Shown here: positions 1 through 10,811 of the stretch, piece by piece
Position numbering within the stretch: the stretch's first letter is position 1
How the letters are laid out: each line of letters begins with the position of its first letter
Assembly (NCBI RefSeq): GCF_004010195.1
Contig: NC_057720.1
Coordinates: forward strand, 31,376,879 to 31,396,878
DNA: 20,000 nucleotides
DNA from: Chiloscyllium plagiosum
Lineage: Eukaryota
Reading direction: 5' to 3'
The notes under the pieces: generated by a model
Databases searched by the model: none
What the model was told of the DNA's origin: nothing
What the model saw: only the letters and a program-made list of their open reading frames with translations
Made by a program: the position numbers and the translations under genes

Positions 1-1125
1 AATACTGAAATACGAGTTATCTAATAGAGACCACTTTCGTTTTTTTCAAGTTATGGATCTTATTCAAAAAAAGACTACACCTTTCACTGATCCTTACAAA
101 TCCGACATAGAGAGGGGGGTGCTAAGTGCTAAGGGTACACTTTCCGTCAGTTATTTATATCATCAATTGGGGGGTGCCCCCTCGGATGAGTTTGGTCAAC
201 TCTGCAGGGTGTGGGAGAGAGAGCTGGGTGTTGAAGTTTCCTCAGAGGCATGGGAGAGTATTTGGGAGAATGCAAGGAAGATATCCAATTTGCAATAGGA
301 CCCATGCTTTACAGTTAATGATTCTCCACAGGGTTCACTTAGCTTCAGACTGTTTGACAAAATTTAAACCAGGGGTATCTTCAGCATGTCCCAAGTGCAA
401 GGTTCGTACGGGCACTCTTACCCATTGTCTCTGGTCTTGTGATAGGCTTCAAACATATTGCAATGCTGTGGCAGGCGCAATGGAGAGGATTTTGGGTGTA
501 AGGGTGGAGAAGGACCATATCTCTCTCCTTTTGAGCCTGCCCATTGTATTTCCTGCAGATGTGCATAAGACAAAACTTTTCAGTATACTCACATTCTGTG
601 CAAGAAAGAATATCTTGTTAGGTTGGATATCCGAACACAGCCCCCCGGCTTGTCGGGTTGGCAGAAGATTGTTATGGAGCATATTCCCCTGGATTTTCTC
701 ACAAATATGGTACACCAGAAAACTGAGAATTTTTATAAGACATGGCAGCCCTTTTTGAAATACCTTGACACAGATTTATCTGCCACACTAACAAGGGCTT
801 TTATATAGCCTTAACGATTGTGTTTCACGAGTCCAATATCCAGGGAGGAGGAACTGTGAAAGTATGAGCGTTTTATTGGGCTGGGCTGAGTTATTACTAT
901 TTATTAGTTTGTTGTTGGTTATTTACTTATTTAATTAAATAGCCAGTTTAGGTTTTTTAATTCTATACTTTTCTATATATGTTTATATATTTGTACATGA
1001 GGGTGGATTGGAGTTTTGTTTTTTTACTTGGATTGTTCTTTTTGTATTGCTTTGAATTGTATCGTTTTGTACTTGTAATATTAAAAAATCTATTTTTCCA
1101 ATAAAAATAAATTGAAAATTTTAAA
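1..1125 (+). mobile_element. L1/Tx1-clade LINE, 3' end (frameshifted ORF2 C-terminus, T-rich 3' UTR, A-rich tail)
   Basis: ORFs 53-298, 126-758 and 623-808 join through two frameshifts (~285, ~645) into ...VWERELGVEVSSEAWESIWENARKI-CNRTHALQLMILHRVHL...CPKCKVRTGTLTHCLWSC...ARKNILLGW...W.KIVMEHIPLD...FYKTWQPF. This includes the CCHC knuckle typical of L1-clade ORF2 C-termini. Stop at 808, T-rich 3' UTR, AATAAA at ~1100, then an A-rich tract. Confidence 0.85.
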
Positions 1126-1696
1126 CAGTAATGATGAACCATACAGTAGTTGAGAACAGTGACACCTACAGGCATTTTGGATGCTGCATGTATGATTCCC
1201 ACTAAACTGAGCAAGATTTATACACATTCTTAGGTCATGGTACTGTAAATGATATTTTACAGGTTACATGTCCTAGCAGCCAGGAAGTGGTGCTTCATTT
1301 TGCTGATTTTATCTCCTTTCCGAGAACAAAAATAATTAGCCTCTGAACTTCATATACACCTACACTCTATCTCCTAATGAACACCCTTTTCTGGCTCCTC
1401 TGAGAGCAGCAAATTCAATCTTTGGCAAATTGCATCCTTCTTTTCTCTATGCAATGTTCGTGCAATAAAAGACTGCAATTTACTACACATAAGCAAAGCA
1501 AAGAGAGAGATTAAGCAATTTACATTCAGGCAGGAAGGAAGCACCTGCTGCTTATAAGCAGATCTCCTTTCAGCAGTTGCATCCCTTTGACAAGAGTCGG
1601 TAGAACAAAATAGAGAGGAACACATTTTAGATAGTCAGTCAGGTTTTTGAGAATGAGTACAGCGTACACCTCACTGAAGTTATGCAGACATAGAAT

Positions 1697-2655
1697 AGGC
1701 ATCAACAGTTCCTCCACCATAATCCTCAACACCGGTGCCCTGCAAGACTGTGTACAATACAAAACTCCTTAAGACTGTGTGGCCAAGTTCTGCCCCAAGT
1801 TCAATTACAAGTTTGTTAATGACACCACCGTCATAGGTCAGATCTCAAACAATAATGAGACAGGATACGGGGAAGGGATTGAGTGCTTAATGGCATTGTG
1901 TAAAGATAACACTCTTTCCATCAACATCAGCAAAATGAAGGAGCTGGTAATTGAGTTCAGGAAGCAGAGTAGAGGTCACGCCCCTGTTTGCATCAAGAGT
2001 GCTGAGGTCAAGATAGTCAAGAGCTTCAAGTTCTTGAGATTAATGATCACCAACAATCTGTCCTGATGGACCCATGTAGATGCAACAGTCAAGAAAGCAC
2101 AACAATGTCTCTACTACCTCAGGGGGCTAACGAAATTCAGCATGTCCACAAAGACACTTAACAATTTTTATTGATATTGCACAGAAAGCATCCTACCTGG
2201 ATACATCATTGTGTGGTGTGGCAACCGTTCTTCCCAAGACCGCAAGAAACTACAGAATCATGAAAACAGCCCAGTTCATCATGCAAATCAGCCTTCCATC
2301 CATTGACTTAATCTATACTTCCTAAGTAAAGCAAGCAACATAAACAAAGACCCATCCCACCCCAGTTACACTCTTTCACCCTCTTCCATCAGGTAGAAGA
2401 TATAAACACATGTATGAACACACGTATGAACAGAATCAAGTACAGTGTCTTCCCCACAGTTATCAGACTTTTGAACAGACCTCTCAAATGTTAATTTTGA
2501 TCTCTCTCTGCAAATTCTCTGCGACTCTAACACTGTATTCTGCACTCTGTTCTGCAATCCTGATGCACTTTGTATCATACAATCTGTCTGTGCAACACGC
2601 AGAAGAACACTTTTCACTGTATCTTGGTACATGCAACAAGAATAAATCAAATCAA
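1697..2655 (+). mobile_element. Rex1/Babar-type LINE, 5'-truncated and decayed (RT C-terminus plus 3' UTR)
   Basis: Translates to SSTIILNTGA(L)Q..., DCVAKF...YKFVNDTTVIGQISNNNE (degenerate FADD), LSINISKMKELVIEFRK, KSFKFL, KKAQQCLYYLRGL.KF. Ends in an AATAAATCAAATCAA tail. Confidence 0.8.
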
Positions 2656-3391
2656 GCTCAAACTAAAAATATCCAATTAAACTTCTCAGCCAATACAGAT
2701 AAAATGGATAATTTATACTTCATAAGGAGGTTCATGCAACAATTGATGTTTGACAAGATCACTTCTTAGTTATGAGAAAGACTTAGATCTGACATCCAGT
2801 TCCACATTTGATTAATTACTGTGATACAAATCTGATAAAAGGATCACAAATTTGAGAGTAAACTACTATGATACAAGGATTATGGTGACGTCACTATAAA
2901 TCTCTTTTTTTATAATGTTATCTGTCTCGCAATAACAAAATCAATTAAAATTAATTCTGAAGATAGGAATAAATTGTGTAGTTTAACCTACATTAACGCA
3001 AGGCCAAGAGTTTGTGCTAAGTTTCAAAACCAGCTTGTAAACTCCACAGGCAATTCATCACCAGTATGCTAACATAGCCTTGAATTTACTATTACCTTCA
3101 TCTAAAACACTAAAAATGTCAAATAACTCAAAATTGTCACTGAATTTCAATGCACCATTGTCTGCTGACTACAATGGCAATAGAATCTGATAGGTCTTCT
3201 GTATCATGACACACTATCCCTTCATTTTGCACACATTTTCCTGCATATCCCAATATATCTATCTATTTTGGAGGGGTAGATTATGACCATGTCTGAATAC
3301 TTAAAATATTTCAGGTGAAAGCAGAGATATAAATGGATGAAAAGTCAGACAAGTCTTAAGAAAGAGCAAGTCAGATGCTCACATGATTACC

Positions 3392-3630
3392 AAACAAAAA
3401 CAAAGTAGTAGAGAAACTCACAGGTCTGGCATCACTTGTACAGAGAAAAACAGAGTTGATGTTTCAAATCCAGTTACTCTTCATCAGAACAGCTCTGACA
3501 AAAAAAATCACTGGACTCAAAATGCCAATTCTGTTTTTCCCTCCCTACAGATGCTGCCAAATCTGCTGAGTTTCTCCAACATATTCTACTTTTGTTTCAG
3601 ATTTCCCACATCTGCAGTTCTTTGTTTTAT
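3392..3630. mobile_element. Palindromic non-autonomous Penelope-derived element (two inverted copies of the Penelope 3' terminal repeat)
   Basis: Left arm (GAGAAACTCACAGGTCTGGCA...CAGAGTTGATGTTTCAAATCCAGTTACTCTTCATCAGAAC) is the imperfect reverse complement of the right arm (GCTCTGACAAA...TCACTGGACTCAAAATGCCAATTCTG...GATGCTGCCAAATCTGCTGAGTTTCTC), centred at ~3490. The right arm resembles the Penelope terminus at 10720-10811 (GATGCTGCCTGACCTGCTGCGCTTTTCCAGCA). Confidence 0.75.
3455..3490 (-). ncRNA. Degenerate minimal type I hammerhead ribozyme motif
   Basis: Minus strand reads GTT-CTGATGA-AGAGTAACTGGATTT-GAAA-CATC-AAC: CUGAUGA and GAAA cores, a 3-bp stem I (GUU/AAC), a decayed stem II, and CATC interpretable as a CpG-decayed CGTC. 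Confidence 0.5.
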
Positions 3631-4189
3631 GACTATCTCCCATATGGTGAAAATACAACCTATCCTAATGTCTCATTAAAAAAGATTTTTGTTCTCTTAT
3701 CGCTTTGTCTTCATCCACAATAGTGATGCTAGCTTCCAGAGTCCCATTCATAATAAACTTGCAGAAAGCTAGATGTTAGATAATCTGCTCCTGTCTGAAA
3801 ATTGTCACAATATCATAATTAATTTTATTCTGAGAAAACACGCAACCCCATTATTGCTACTTTAAATTTCCTGTACCTTGTCTTGACTTTAGCGTTTGCA
3901 CTGTTGATGTCAGGAACTGTGTTGCTTATCTACTTTTTCTCCCCATTGTGTGTCTGCATCCCAGTCAGGTTCCATTTCATTTCATTCTAATCAGTAAAGG
4001 TTGTTGTGCTCTAATACACTGTCCCATGAAATTATGGCCTGTGGGTTGCATAAACATGAATTTTTAAATATAACAGAGCAAGTTTATAAAGTGGTTTTAA
4101 AAAAAACATGTAACATTCCTGGCTTCATAAATATCAAGTACAAAAGCAAGAATCTCTGATAAATCTGAATAAAATACTGGTTTTCTCTC

Positions 4190-4650
4190 ACCTGGGGTAT
4201 TGTGCTCAAATAAAGCACACCATGCTTTAATAAGGCTTTAAAGAGACTGCAGAAAAGAAAGACTGCAGCGAAGATTGACAAGAATATTTTCAAGGATGAA
4301 GGTTTCAGTTATAGGCATAGATTGGAGAGGCTGAAGTTGTTATCCTCAGAGAAACAAATGTCGAGAAGAGATTTGATAGAGATGTTTAAAATAGTGGCAC
4401 TTTTTTTTAGGAAACACTTTCTTGTACAGCAAATGCTCAGGTTTGGAATGCAGTGCCTGAGAGTGCGATGGAAGCAAATTCAATTATGAATATTCAGTTG
4501 CAAGAGAATTAGTTCAGCACCTGAAGATAAAAAAATGCAGAGTTATAGAGAATGGATTGGACAATGAGAGTTCTCAGTATCTCTTGCAGAGGATCAGTAC
4601 CAATACAACAGGCTGAATAGCCTCCTTCCGTGCAGTAACTGTCCTATATT
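4190..4650 (+). mobile_element. Old CR1 LINE 3' fragment
   Basis: Degenerate CR1 ORF2 C-terminal motifs (QRRLTR...FSYRHRLERLKLLSSEK...RRDLIEMFKI; WNAVPESAMEANSI) and a CR1-type 3' end GGCTGAATAGCCTCCTTCCGTGC. Confidence 0.7.
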
Positions 4651-5119
4651 CACATGAACAGTTCCTGATGTATTACAGAGCATACAGTCATGTTTAAAGT
4701 GTATACAGTTGTGCATATCAGGCGTATAACTGGTTTAAACATGCAATATCCAATGTTGTCCCCACATCAAGTGCTATCAGGTTTCCCTCTCCACTTCCAG
4801 AAGCTACTAGCTACTCAGTTTTCACCACTAGAAGTTTCATTAAGGAACATTGGTTAGGTCACTCTGCCAACAGGGAAGTGTGTGAGAACCCTGCGGCACA
4901 GGATGATATATGGCTCAATGGAAGCCCAAATTTCAGTGGATTCCAATGTACATCATAAGATTCCAAGTTACTATATGCTTATGGCAGCATCACAGAGGTA
5001 TTGAATTCAGGATGTCCCTGATGCACTGTCTCAATGTAACAGGTCAATCTTCTTCTAACTTCCCATGAAATAGCACAATCTTGAAACATCGCCACAGCAG
5101 TTGACAAATCAGTTGAATA

Positions 5120-5178
5120 CTTCCAGCATTTTCTTCTTTTATTTCAGAATTTCAGCATCTGCAGTATTTTGCTTTTAT
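5120..5178 (+). mobile_element. Short Penelope terminal-repeat fragment
   Basis: TTCCAGCATTTTCTTCTTTTATTTCAGAATTTCAGCATCTGCAGTATTTTGCTTTTAT closely parallels 3574-3630 (CTCCAACATATTCTACTTTTGTTTCAGATTTCCCACATCTGCAGTTCTTTGTTTTAT). Confidence 0.6.
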
Positions 5179-5594
5179 ATGTTTTTCTTGTGTACTCTGG
5201 ACACTTGGCATAGAGCCTGTTCAAAGAAAAACTGCAAATGCCAAGCATGCTGCCAGTACCAGATCCTGCGCGCTGCATTCACATGCTCACATAAGTTGGC
5301 TGCTGGCCTAGATACTCAGACCAATATATCTTCTTTTACATACCTTAAAACAACATATGTCCTTTCTCATAGACTTATATATACTAACAGGCAAAAAACA
5401 AATATAACTAAAGCCAATATCTCCAAACAGGAAATGGGTTCGTTGTCAGTACATTCTCTGACATTTTCTAATGAAGAAATGGGTTTGGAGATTTTGAATG
5501 CAGAAGCAAGGGAGGGAGTGTCAATGTGGATCCAAGTCAGTTGGTGAGACAGGAAAAGAAAACACATTTCTTTGTAAATCAACTTTGTTAAATA

Positions 5595-5990
5595 GAAATT
5601 ACAGAATGCTGAGGTTCAGAGGGACCTGGGTGTCTTAGCAGATAAATGACAAACCATTAGCATGCAGATACAGCCTGAGAATACAAAGGCAAATGGAATA
5701 CTGGTATTTATTGCAAGAGGAATGGAATGTAATATGAATTAAATTTTGTTCTAGTTGTATGGCACATTGGTGACGTCAAGTCTGGAGCACTGTGTACAGT
5801 TTTGCTCTCCTTATTTAAGGGTAGGTGTAAATGCACCATAATATTTCAGAAGAGGTTCACTCAGCTGATGTCTGGGATTTAGAGACATTAACTTATGACA
5901 AAAAATTATATCTCTATTTGAGTTTAGAAGAATGAGCGGTGATATTATCAAAACATGTAAGATTTTGCGGGGAATTGACAGAATGGGTGC
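5595..5990 (+). mobile_element. Old CR1 LINE internal fragment (post-RT region of ORF2)
   Basis: Decayed translation EVQRDLGVL...KANGILVFIARGME...LYGTLV..LEHCVQFCSPYLR...QKRFTQL...LEFRRMSGDIIKTCKILRGIDR, homologous to 8470-8850. Confidence 0.75.
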
Positions 5991-5999
5991 CAAGTTGAG

Positions 6000-6210
6000 G
6001 TTCTTGCCCCAATGCCAATTGTGACCTTTTGGTGGCCAATTAAGGACAACATAAGGACTTCATCCCGCCACTGCTAGTATTAAACCCAAATGTGAATGGG
6101 CATATTACCAGGTCACTACCTGACTAATGGGTGATTTAGCGGGACTTCCTGGAAATAGGCTATGCTGGTTCCTCTCCAGAGCTAGGCAAGATGATAAGAA
6201 CATTCCACCA
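6000..6210. mobile_element. Possible decayed non-autonomous DNA transposon (PIF/Harbinger-like MITE relic)
   Basis: Motifs GGCCAATTAAGGAC, CCCGCCACTGCTAGTATTAAACCC and an AACATTCCACC end resemble shark MITE-like repeats from memory. A matching TIR pair cannot be shown. Confidence 0.25.
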
Positions 6211-6259
6211 TTTATCTCTATATTCATGGTCTTATGTCATAAGCGCAGCACTATAGTCT

Positions 6260-7003
6260 AAGCCTGTCATCAAAATGAAAGAGCTGGTCATTGACTGCAG
6301 GAAGCAGATTGGAGGACATACCTCTGTGCATATCAAACATGCTGAGGTGGAGATGGTCAAGAGCTTCGAGTTCCTAGGAGTAAGTATCACCAACAGTCTG
6401 TCCATGTTGACATTACGGTCAAGAAAGCACACCAATGGTTATACTACCTCAGAAGACTAAGAAAATTCAGCAAGTCCACAATGACTCTTATCAATTTTTA
6501 TAGATGCACCATAGAAAATATTCTATCTAGATGCATCACATCTTGGCATGGCCACTGTTCTGTCCAAGACCACAAGAAATTACAGAGACTTCTGAATGCA
6601 GCCCAGTCCATTACACAAACTAGCCTCCCATCCACTGATTCTATCTATACTTCCTGATGCCTCAGAAAAGCAGCCATCATAATCAAAGACCCCGCCTCCA
6701 CCTTGTTTATACTCTCTTCCACCCTCTTCCATCAAGCAGAAGATACAAAAGTTTGAAAACACATACCAACAGATTCAAGAACAGCTTCTTCCTCTCAGTT
6801 ATCAGACTTTTGAATGGACCTCTCATATATTCAAGTTGATCTTCCCCTGCATTTTTCTGTAGCTGTAACATTATATTCTGCATTCTGTTTTATTACCCTG
6901 ATGTCCTTCTGTAAGGTATGATTTGTCCAGTTACCACGAGAAACAATACTTTTCATTTATCTTCTTATCTGTGACAATAATATATATCAAATCAAATCAA
7001 TCA
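6260..7003 (+). mobile_element. Second Rex1/Babar-type LINE 3' fragment
   Basis: Colinear and clearly homologous with 1915-2655 (MKELVIDCRKQ...AEVEMVKSFEFLGVSITNSLS; HTNRFKNSFFLSVIRLLN). Same TCAAATCAAATCAATCAA tail. Confidence 0.85.
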
Positions 7004-7358
7004 ACCCACTGCAGCACGTTGTCATGTAACACTCTATGTAAGTCACAAGGAATGATTAATATGCTGTAGTTTTAATTTGATCGGCATCAGGGAGATTTTC
7101 TTTTCTCTTTGGAAGTTAACTATGACTAATACTCATTCTTCAAAAGAAAATTAATTTAGGATTGCCCCATATTGTTATACACATGGACATATGAATCAGG
7201 AGCAGGTGTAGGCCATTCAGGCCTTTAAGCCTGCACTGCCATTTTAATCAAATCATGTTTGAGATGATGTAATTGATTTTTACCTAATTTACATTCCTGC
7301 CTACTCCAATAATCCCCCTGCTGAACAAACGTCTATCTGCATCTGCCTTAAATATATT

Positions 7359-9170
7359 CAGGAGGGCCGCGTATGTGTGGAACCGCAGGAGAAGGGGAAG
7401 ATACTAAATGAGTATTTTGCATCAGTATTTACTGTAGAGAAGGATATGGAAGCTGGAGAACTTGGGGAAATAAATAGTAACATCTTGAGAAATGTTCGTA
7501 TCATGGAGGAGGTGGTGCTGGACATCTTGAAATGCATAAAGATGGATAAATCCCATGACCTGATCAGGCATACCCTAGAACTTTGTAGGAAGCTAAGGAA
7601 GTGATTTCTGGGCACCTTGCTGAGATAGTTGTATCATCAATAGCCACAGGTGAGATGCCAAAAGACTGGAGGTTGGCTCATGTGGTGTGACTATGTAAGA
7701 AAAGTGGTAAGGAAAAGCCAGGGATCTATAGACTAGTGATCCTAACGTCGGTGATGGGCAAGTTGTTGAAGGGGATGCTGAGGGACAGGAGTTACATGTA
7801 CTTGGAAGGACAAGGTCTGATTAGGGATAGTCAACATGGCCTTGTGCATGGGAAATCGTGTCTCACTACTTAATTGAGGTTTTTGAAGAAGTGACGAAGA
7901 GGATTGATAAAGGCAGAATGTTGGACATGATCTATGCAGACTTCATATGACATTTGACAAGGTTTCACGTGGTAGACTGGTTAGCAAGGTTAGAACACAT
8001 GGAATACAAGGAAAAATAGCCATCTGGATACAGAATTGACTCAAGGGTAAGGGGACAGAGGGGGCTGGTGGAGAGTTGCTTTCGGACTGGAGGCTTGTGA
8101 CCAACTGTGTGCCGCAGGATCAGTGCTGGGTTCACTGCTTTTTGTCATTTATATAAATGATTTGGATGTGAACATAGGAGGGATGGTCAGTAAGTTTGCA
8201 GATGACAACAAAATTGATGATTGAGGATGATCAGCCATGATCATAATGAATGGTGGTGCAGGCTCGAAGGGCAGAATGGCCTACTCCTGCACCTATTGAC
8301 TATTGGTGGTGTAGTGGACAGCGAAGAAAGTTATCTCAGGGTACAAGAGGTCCTTGATCAGATTGGCCGAGGAGTGGCAGGTGGAGTTTAATTTAAATAA
8401 ATGTGAAGTGCTGCATTTTGGAAAGGCATATCAGGGCAAGACTTAATGGTAACGTCCTGGGGAGTGTTGCTGAACAAAGAGACCTTTGCAGGTTTATATT
8501 TCCTTGAAAGAATCACAGGTAGACAGGATAGTGAAGAAGGCATTTGATATGCTTGTCTTTATTGGTCAGTTCATTGAGTACAGAGTTGAAAGGTCATGGT
8601 GCAGCTGTACAGGGCATTGGTTACGCCACTTTTGGAATACTGCATTCAATTTTGGTCTCCCTGCTATAGGAAGGATGTTGTGAAACTTAAAAGGGCTCAG
8701 TAAAGATCTACAAGGAAGTTGCCTGGGTTGGAGATTTTGTGCTATAGGGAGAGGCTGAAAAGGCTAGGGCTATATTCCTTGGAGTGTTGGAGACTGACAA
8801 GTGTCCTTATATAAGTTTATAAAGTCATGAGGGGCATGGACCAGGTAAATAGCAAAGGTCTTTTCTCCATGGCAGCGGAAACTAATGGGCATAGGTTTAA
8901 CGTGAGAGGGGAAAGATTTAAAAGGGTCCAAAGGGGCAACTCTTTCATGCAGAGGATTGTGCGTGTATAGAATAAGCTGCGAGAGGAAGTGGTGGAAGCT
9001 GTCACAATTACAGCATTTAAAAGGCATCTGGATGGGTATATGAATAGGCATAGGGGTATGGGCCAAATGCTGGCAAATGGGACTAGATTAATTTAGGATA
9101 TCTGGTCGCCATGGACTAGTTGGACCGAAGGGTATGTTTCCATGTTGTACATTTCTATGACTCTCTATGC
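7359..9170 (+). mobile_element. CR1 LINE, 5'-truncated (~1.8 kb), decayed RT domain plus 3' UTR
   Basis: ILNEYFASVFTVE, KDWRLA(H)VV..., KEKPG.YRLV.LTSVMGKLL, SQHG(L)VHGKSCLT, D.IYADF..FDKVSRGRL, VPQ.SVLG.LLFVIYINDLD, SKFADD at ~8189-8206, ATFGILHSILVS. Tail TCTATGACTCTCTATG. Multiple stops and frameshifts. Confidence 0.92.
8217..8301 (+). mobile_element. Very short CR1 3'-end insertion (different subfamily) nested just downstream of the FADD motif
   Basis: GATCAGCCATGATCATAATGAATGGTGGTGCAGGCTCGAAGGGCAGAATGGCCTACTCCTGCACCTATTGACT interrupts KFADDNKI|GGVVDSEE. ATTG occurs on both sides (8213-8216 and 8302-8305). Confidence 0.8.
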
Positions 9171-9860
9171 CTTTATAATTTTGAATTCACTGCCTTTTCA
9201 GAAAGAGAGTTCCAAAGGCTCTCAACACTCTTGAGAAAAAATCCCACCATGTGTGTTTTAAATGGATGACCCCTAAATTTTAAATAGTGACCTCTAGTCC
9301 TAGAATATGCCATATGAGGAAACATCTTTTCCACATCTACCATGTCAAGACCCGGTGGCACCTTAGATGTTCCAGTCATGTCACATCTTACTCGCCTAAA
9401 CTCCAATGGGTACAAGCCTAGCATGTCCAACATTTCCTTAAGTGACAGCACCTCTCTGTTATTCCAGTTTAGTTGATATTCCTATTATAGGCAATGATAC
9501 TCAACAATCACTAAAACTAGGCCACTAAATTTCTCCTTAGTTTTGACATAATATCAAGATAGTGGTAGTATGTGGAACAGTCCATCTTCTGCAGCTACAC
9601 TGGCACCACTCCCCACCTTTTCCTCCGCTACATCGATGACTGTATAAGCGCTGCCTTGTGCTCCCACGAGGAGGTTGAACAGTTCATCCACTTTACCAAC
9701 ACCTTCCACCCCGACCTCAAATTCACCTGAACTGTCTCAGACTCCTCCCTCCCCTTCCTAGACCTTTCCATTTCTATCTCAGGCGACCGAATCAACACGG
9801 ACATTTACTATAAACCGACCGACTCCCACAGCTACCTAGACTACACCTCCTCCCACTCTG

Positions 9861-10557
9861 NNNNNNNNNNNNNNNNNNNNNNNNNNNNNNNNNNNNNNNN
9901 NNNNNNNNNNNNNNNNNNNNNNNNNNNNNNNNNNNNNNNNNNNNNNNNNNNNNNNNNNNNNNNNNNNNNNNNNNNNNNNNNNNNNNNNNNNNNNNNNNNN
10001 NNNNNNNNNNNNNNNNNNNNNNNNNNNNNNNNNNNNNNNNNNNNNNNNNNNNNNNNNNNNNNNNNNNNNNNNNNNNNNNNNNNNNNNNNNNNNNNNNNNN
10101 NNNNNNNNNNNNNNNNNNNNNNNNNNNNNNNNNNNNNNNNNNNNNNNNNNNNNNNNNNNNNNNNNNNNNNNNNNNNNNNNNNNNNNNNNNNNNNNNNNNN
10201 NNNNNNNNNNNNNNNNNNNNNNNNNNNNNNNNNNNNNNNNNNNNNNNNNNNNNNNNNNNNNNNNNNNNNNNNNNNNNNNNNNNNNNNNNNNNNNNNNNNN
10301 NNNNNNNNNNNNNNNNNNNNNNNNNNNNNNNNNNNNNNNNNNNNNNNNNNNNNNNNNNNNNNNNNNNNNNNNNNNNNNNNNNNNNNNNNNNNNNNNNNNN
10401 NNNNNNNNNNNNNNNNNNNNNNNNNNNNNNNNNNNNNNNNNNNNNNNNNNNNNNNNNNNNNNNNNNNNNNNNNNNNNNNNNNNNNNNNNNNNNNNNNNNN
10501 NNNNNNNNNNNNNNNNNNNNNNNNNNNNNNNNNNNNNNNNNNNNNNNNNNNNNNNNN
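9861..10557. other. Assembly gap (697 N)
   Basis: Run of N in the sequence. Confidence 1.
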
Positions 10558-10717
10558 CTTCCTAACCTGCAATCTTCTTCCTGACCTCTCCGCCCCCACC
10601 CCCACTCCGGCCTATCACCCTCCCCTTGGCCTCCTTCCACCTATCGCATTTCCAATGCCCCTCCCCCAAGTCCCTCCTCCCTACCTTTTATCTTAGCCTG
10701 CTTGGCACAGTCTCCTC

Positions 10718-10754
10718 ATTCCTGAAGAAGGGCTCATGCCCGAAACGTCGATTC
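10718..10754 (+). ncRNA. Minimal type I hammerhead ribozyme in the Penelope 3' terminal repeat
   Basis: ATTC-CTGAAGA-A-GGGC-TCAT-GCCC-GAAA-CGTC-GATT: CUGANGA core at 10722-10728, perfect 4-bp stem II, GAAA at 10742-10745, palindromic ACGU in place of stem III, GUC cleavage triplet ending at 10749. Stem I is weak. Confidence 0.7.
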
Positions 10755-10811
10755 TCCTGCTCCTTGGATGCTGCCTGACCTGCTGCGCTTTTCCAGCAAC
10801 ACATTTTCAGC

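Larger units (their letters stand above)
7188..9450 (-). mobile_element. CR1 LINE 3' end on the minus strand, split into 7188-7358 and ~9171-9450 by a younger CR1
   Basis: 7195-7245 is the reverse complement of a CR1 3' end (GGAGCAGGTGTAGGCCATTCAGGCC). ORF 9173-9451(-) reads LGLYPLEFRRVRCDM...GLDMVDVEKMFP...SRTRGHYLKFRG.PFKT...FF..LWNSL. The two parts are contiguous in CR1 order. Confidence 0.75.
9572..10811 (+). mobile_element. Penelope-like retroelement, 5'-truncated, spanning an assembly gap, with 13-bp TSD
   Basis: 9572-9860 translates VEQSIFCSYTGTTPHLFLRYIDDCI...FTNTFHPDLKFT*TVSDSSLPFLDLSISISGDRINTDIYYKPTDSHSYLDYTSSH: a Penelope RT with YIDD at 9629-9640 and one stop at 9728. 10558-10811 is a pyrimidine-rich 3' region with a hammerhead motif. 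Flanked by ATAGTGGTAGTAT at 9559-9571 and 10812-10824. Confidence 0.9.

Noticed and set aside
126..758. 210-aa ORF as a host zinc-finger gene
   Set aside because: It is a frameshifted piece of L1-clade ORF2; its N- and C-terminal parts are out of frame.
5101..5547. 148-aa ORF
   Set aside because: Non-ATG start, begins in a Penelope tail fragment, AT-rich composition and no recognisable domain.
9792..10640. Long minus-strand ORFs of 282 and 254 aa
   Set aside because: Artefacts of translating through the N gap. The real coding strand here is + (Penelope RT).
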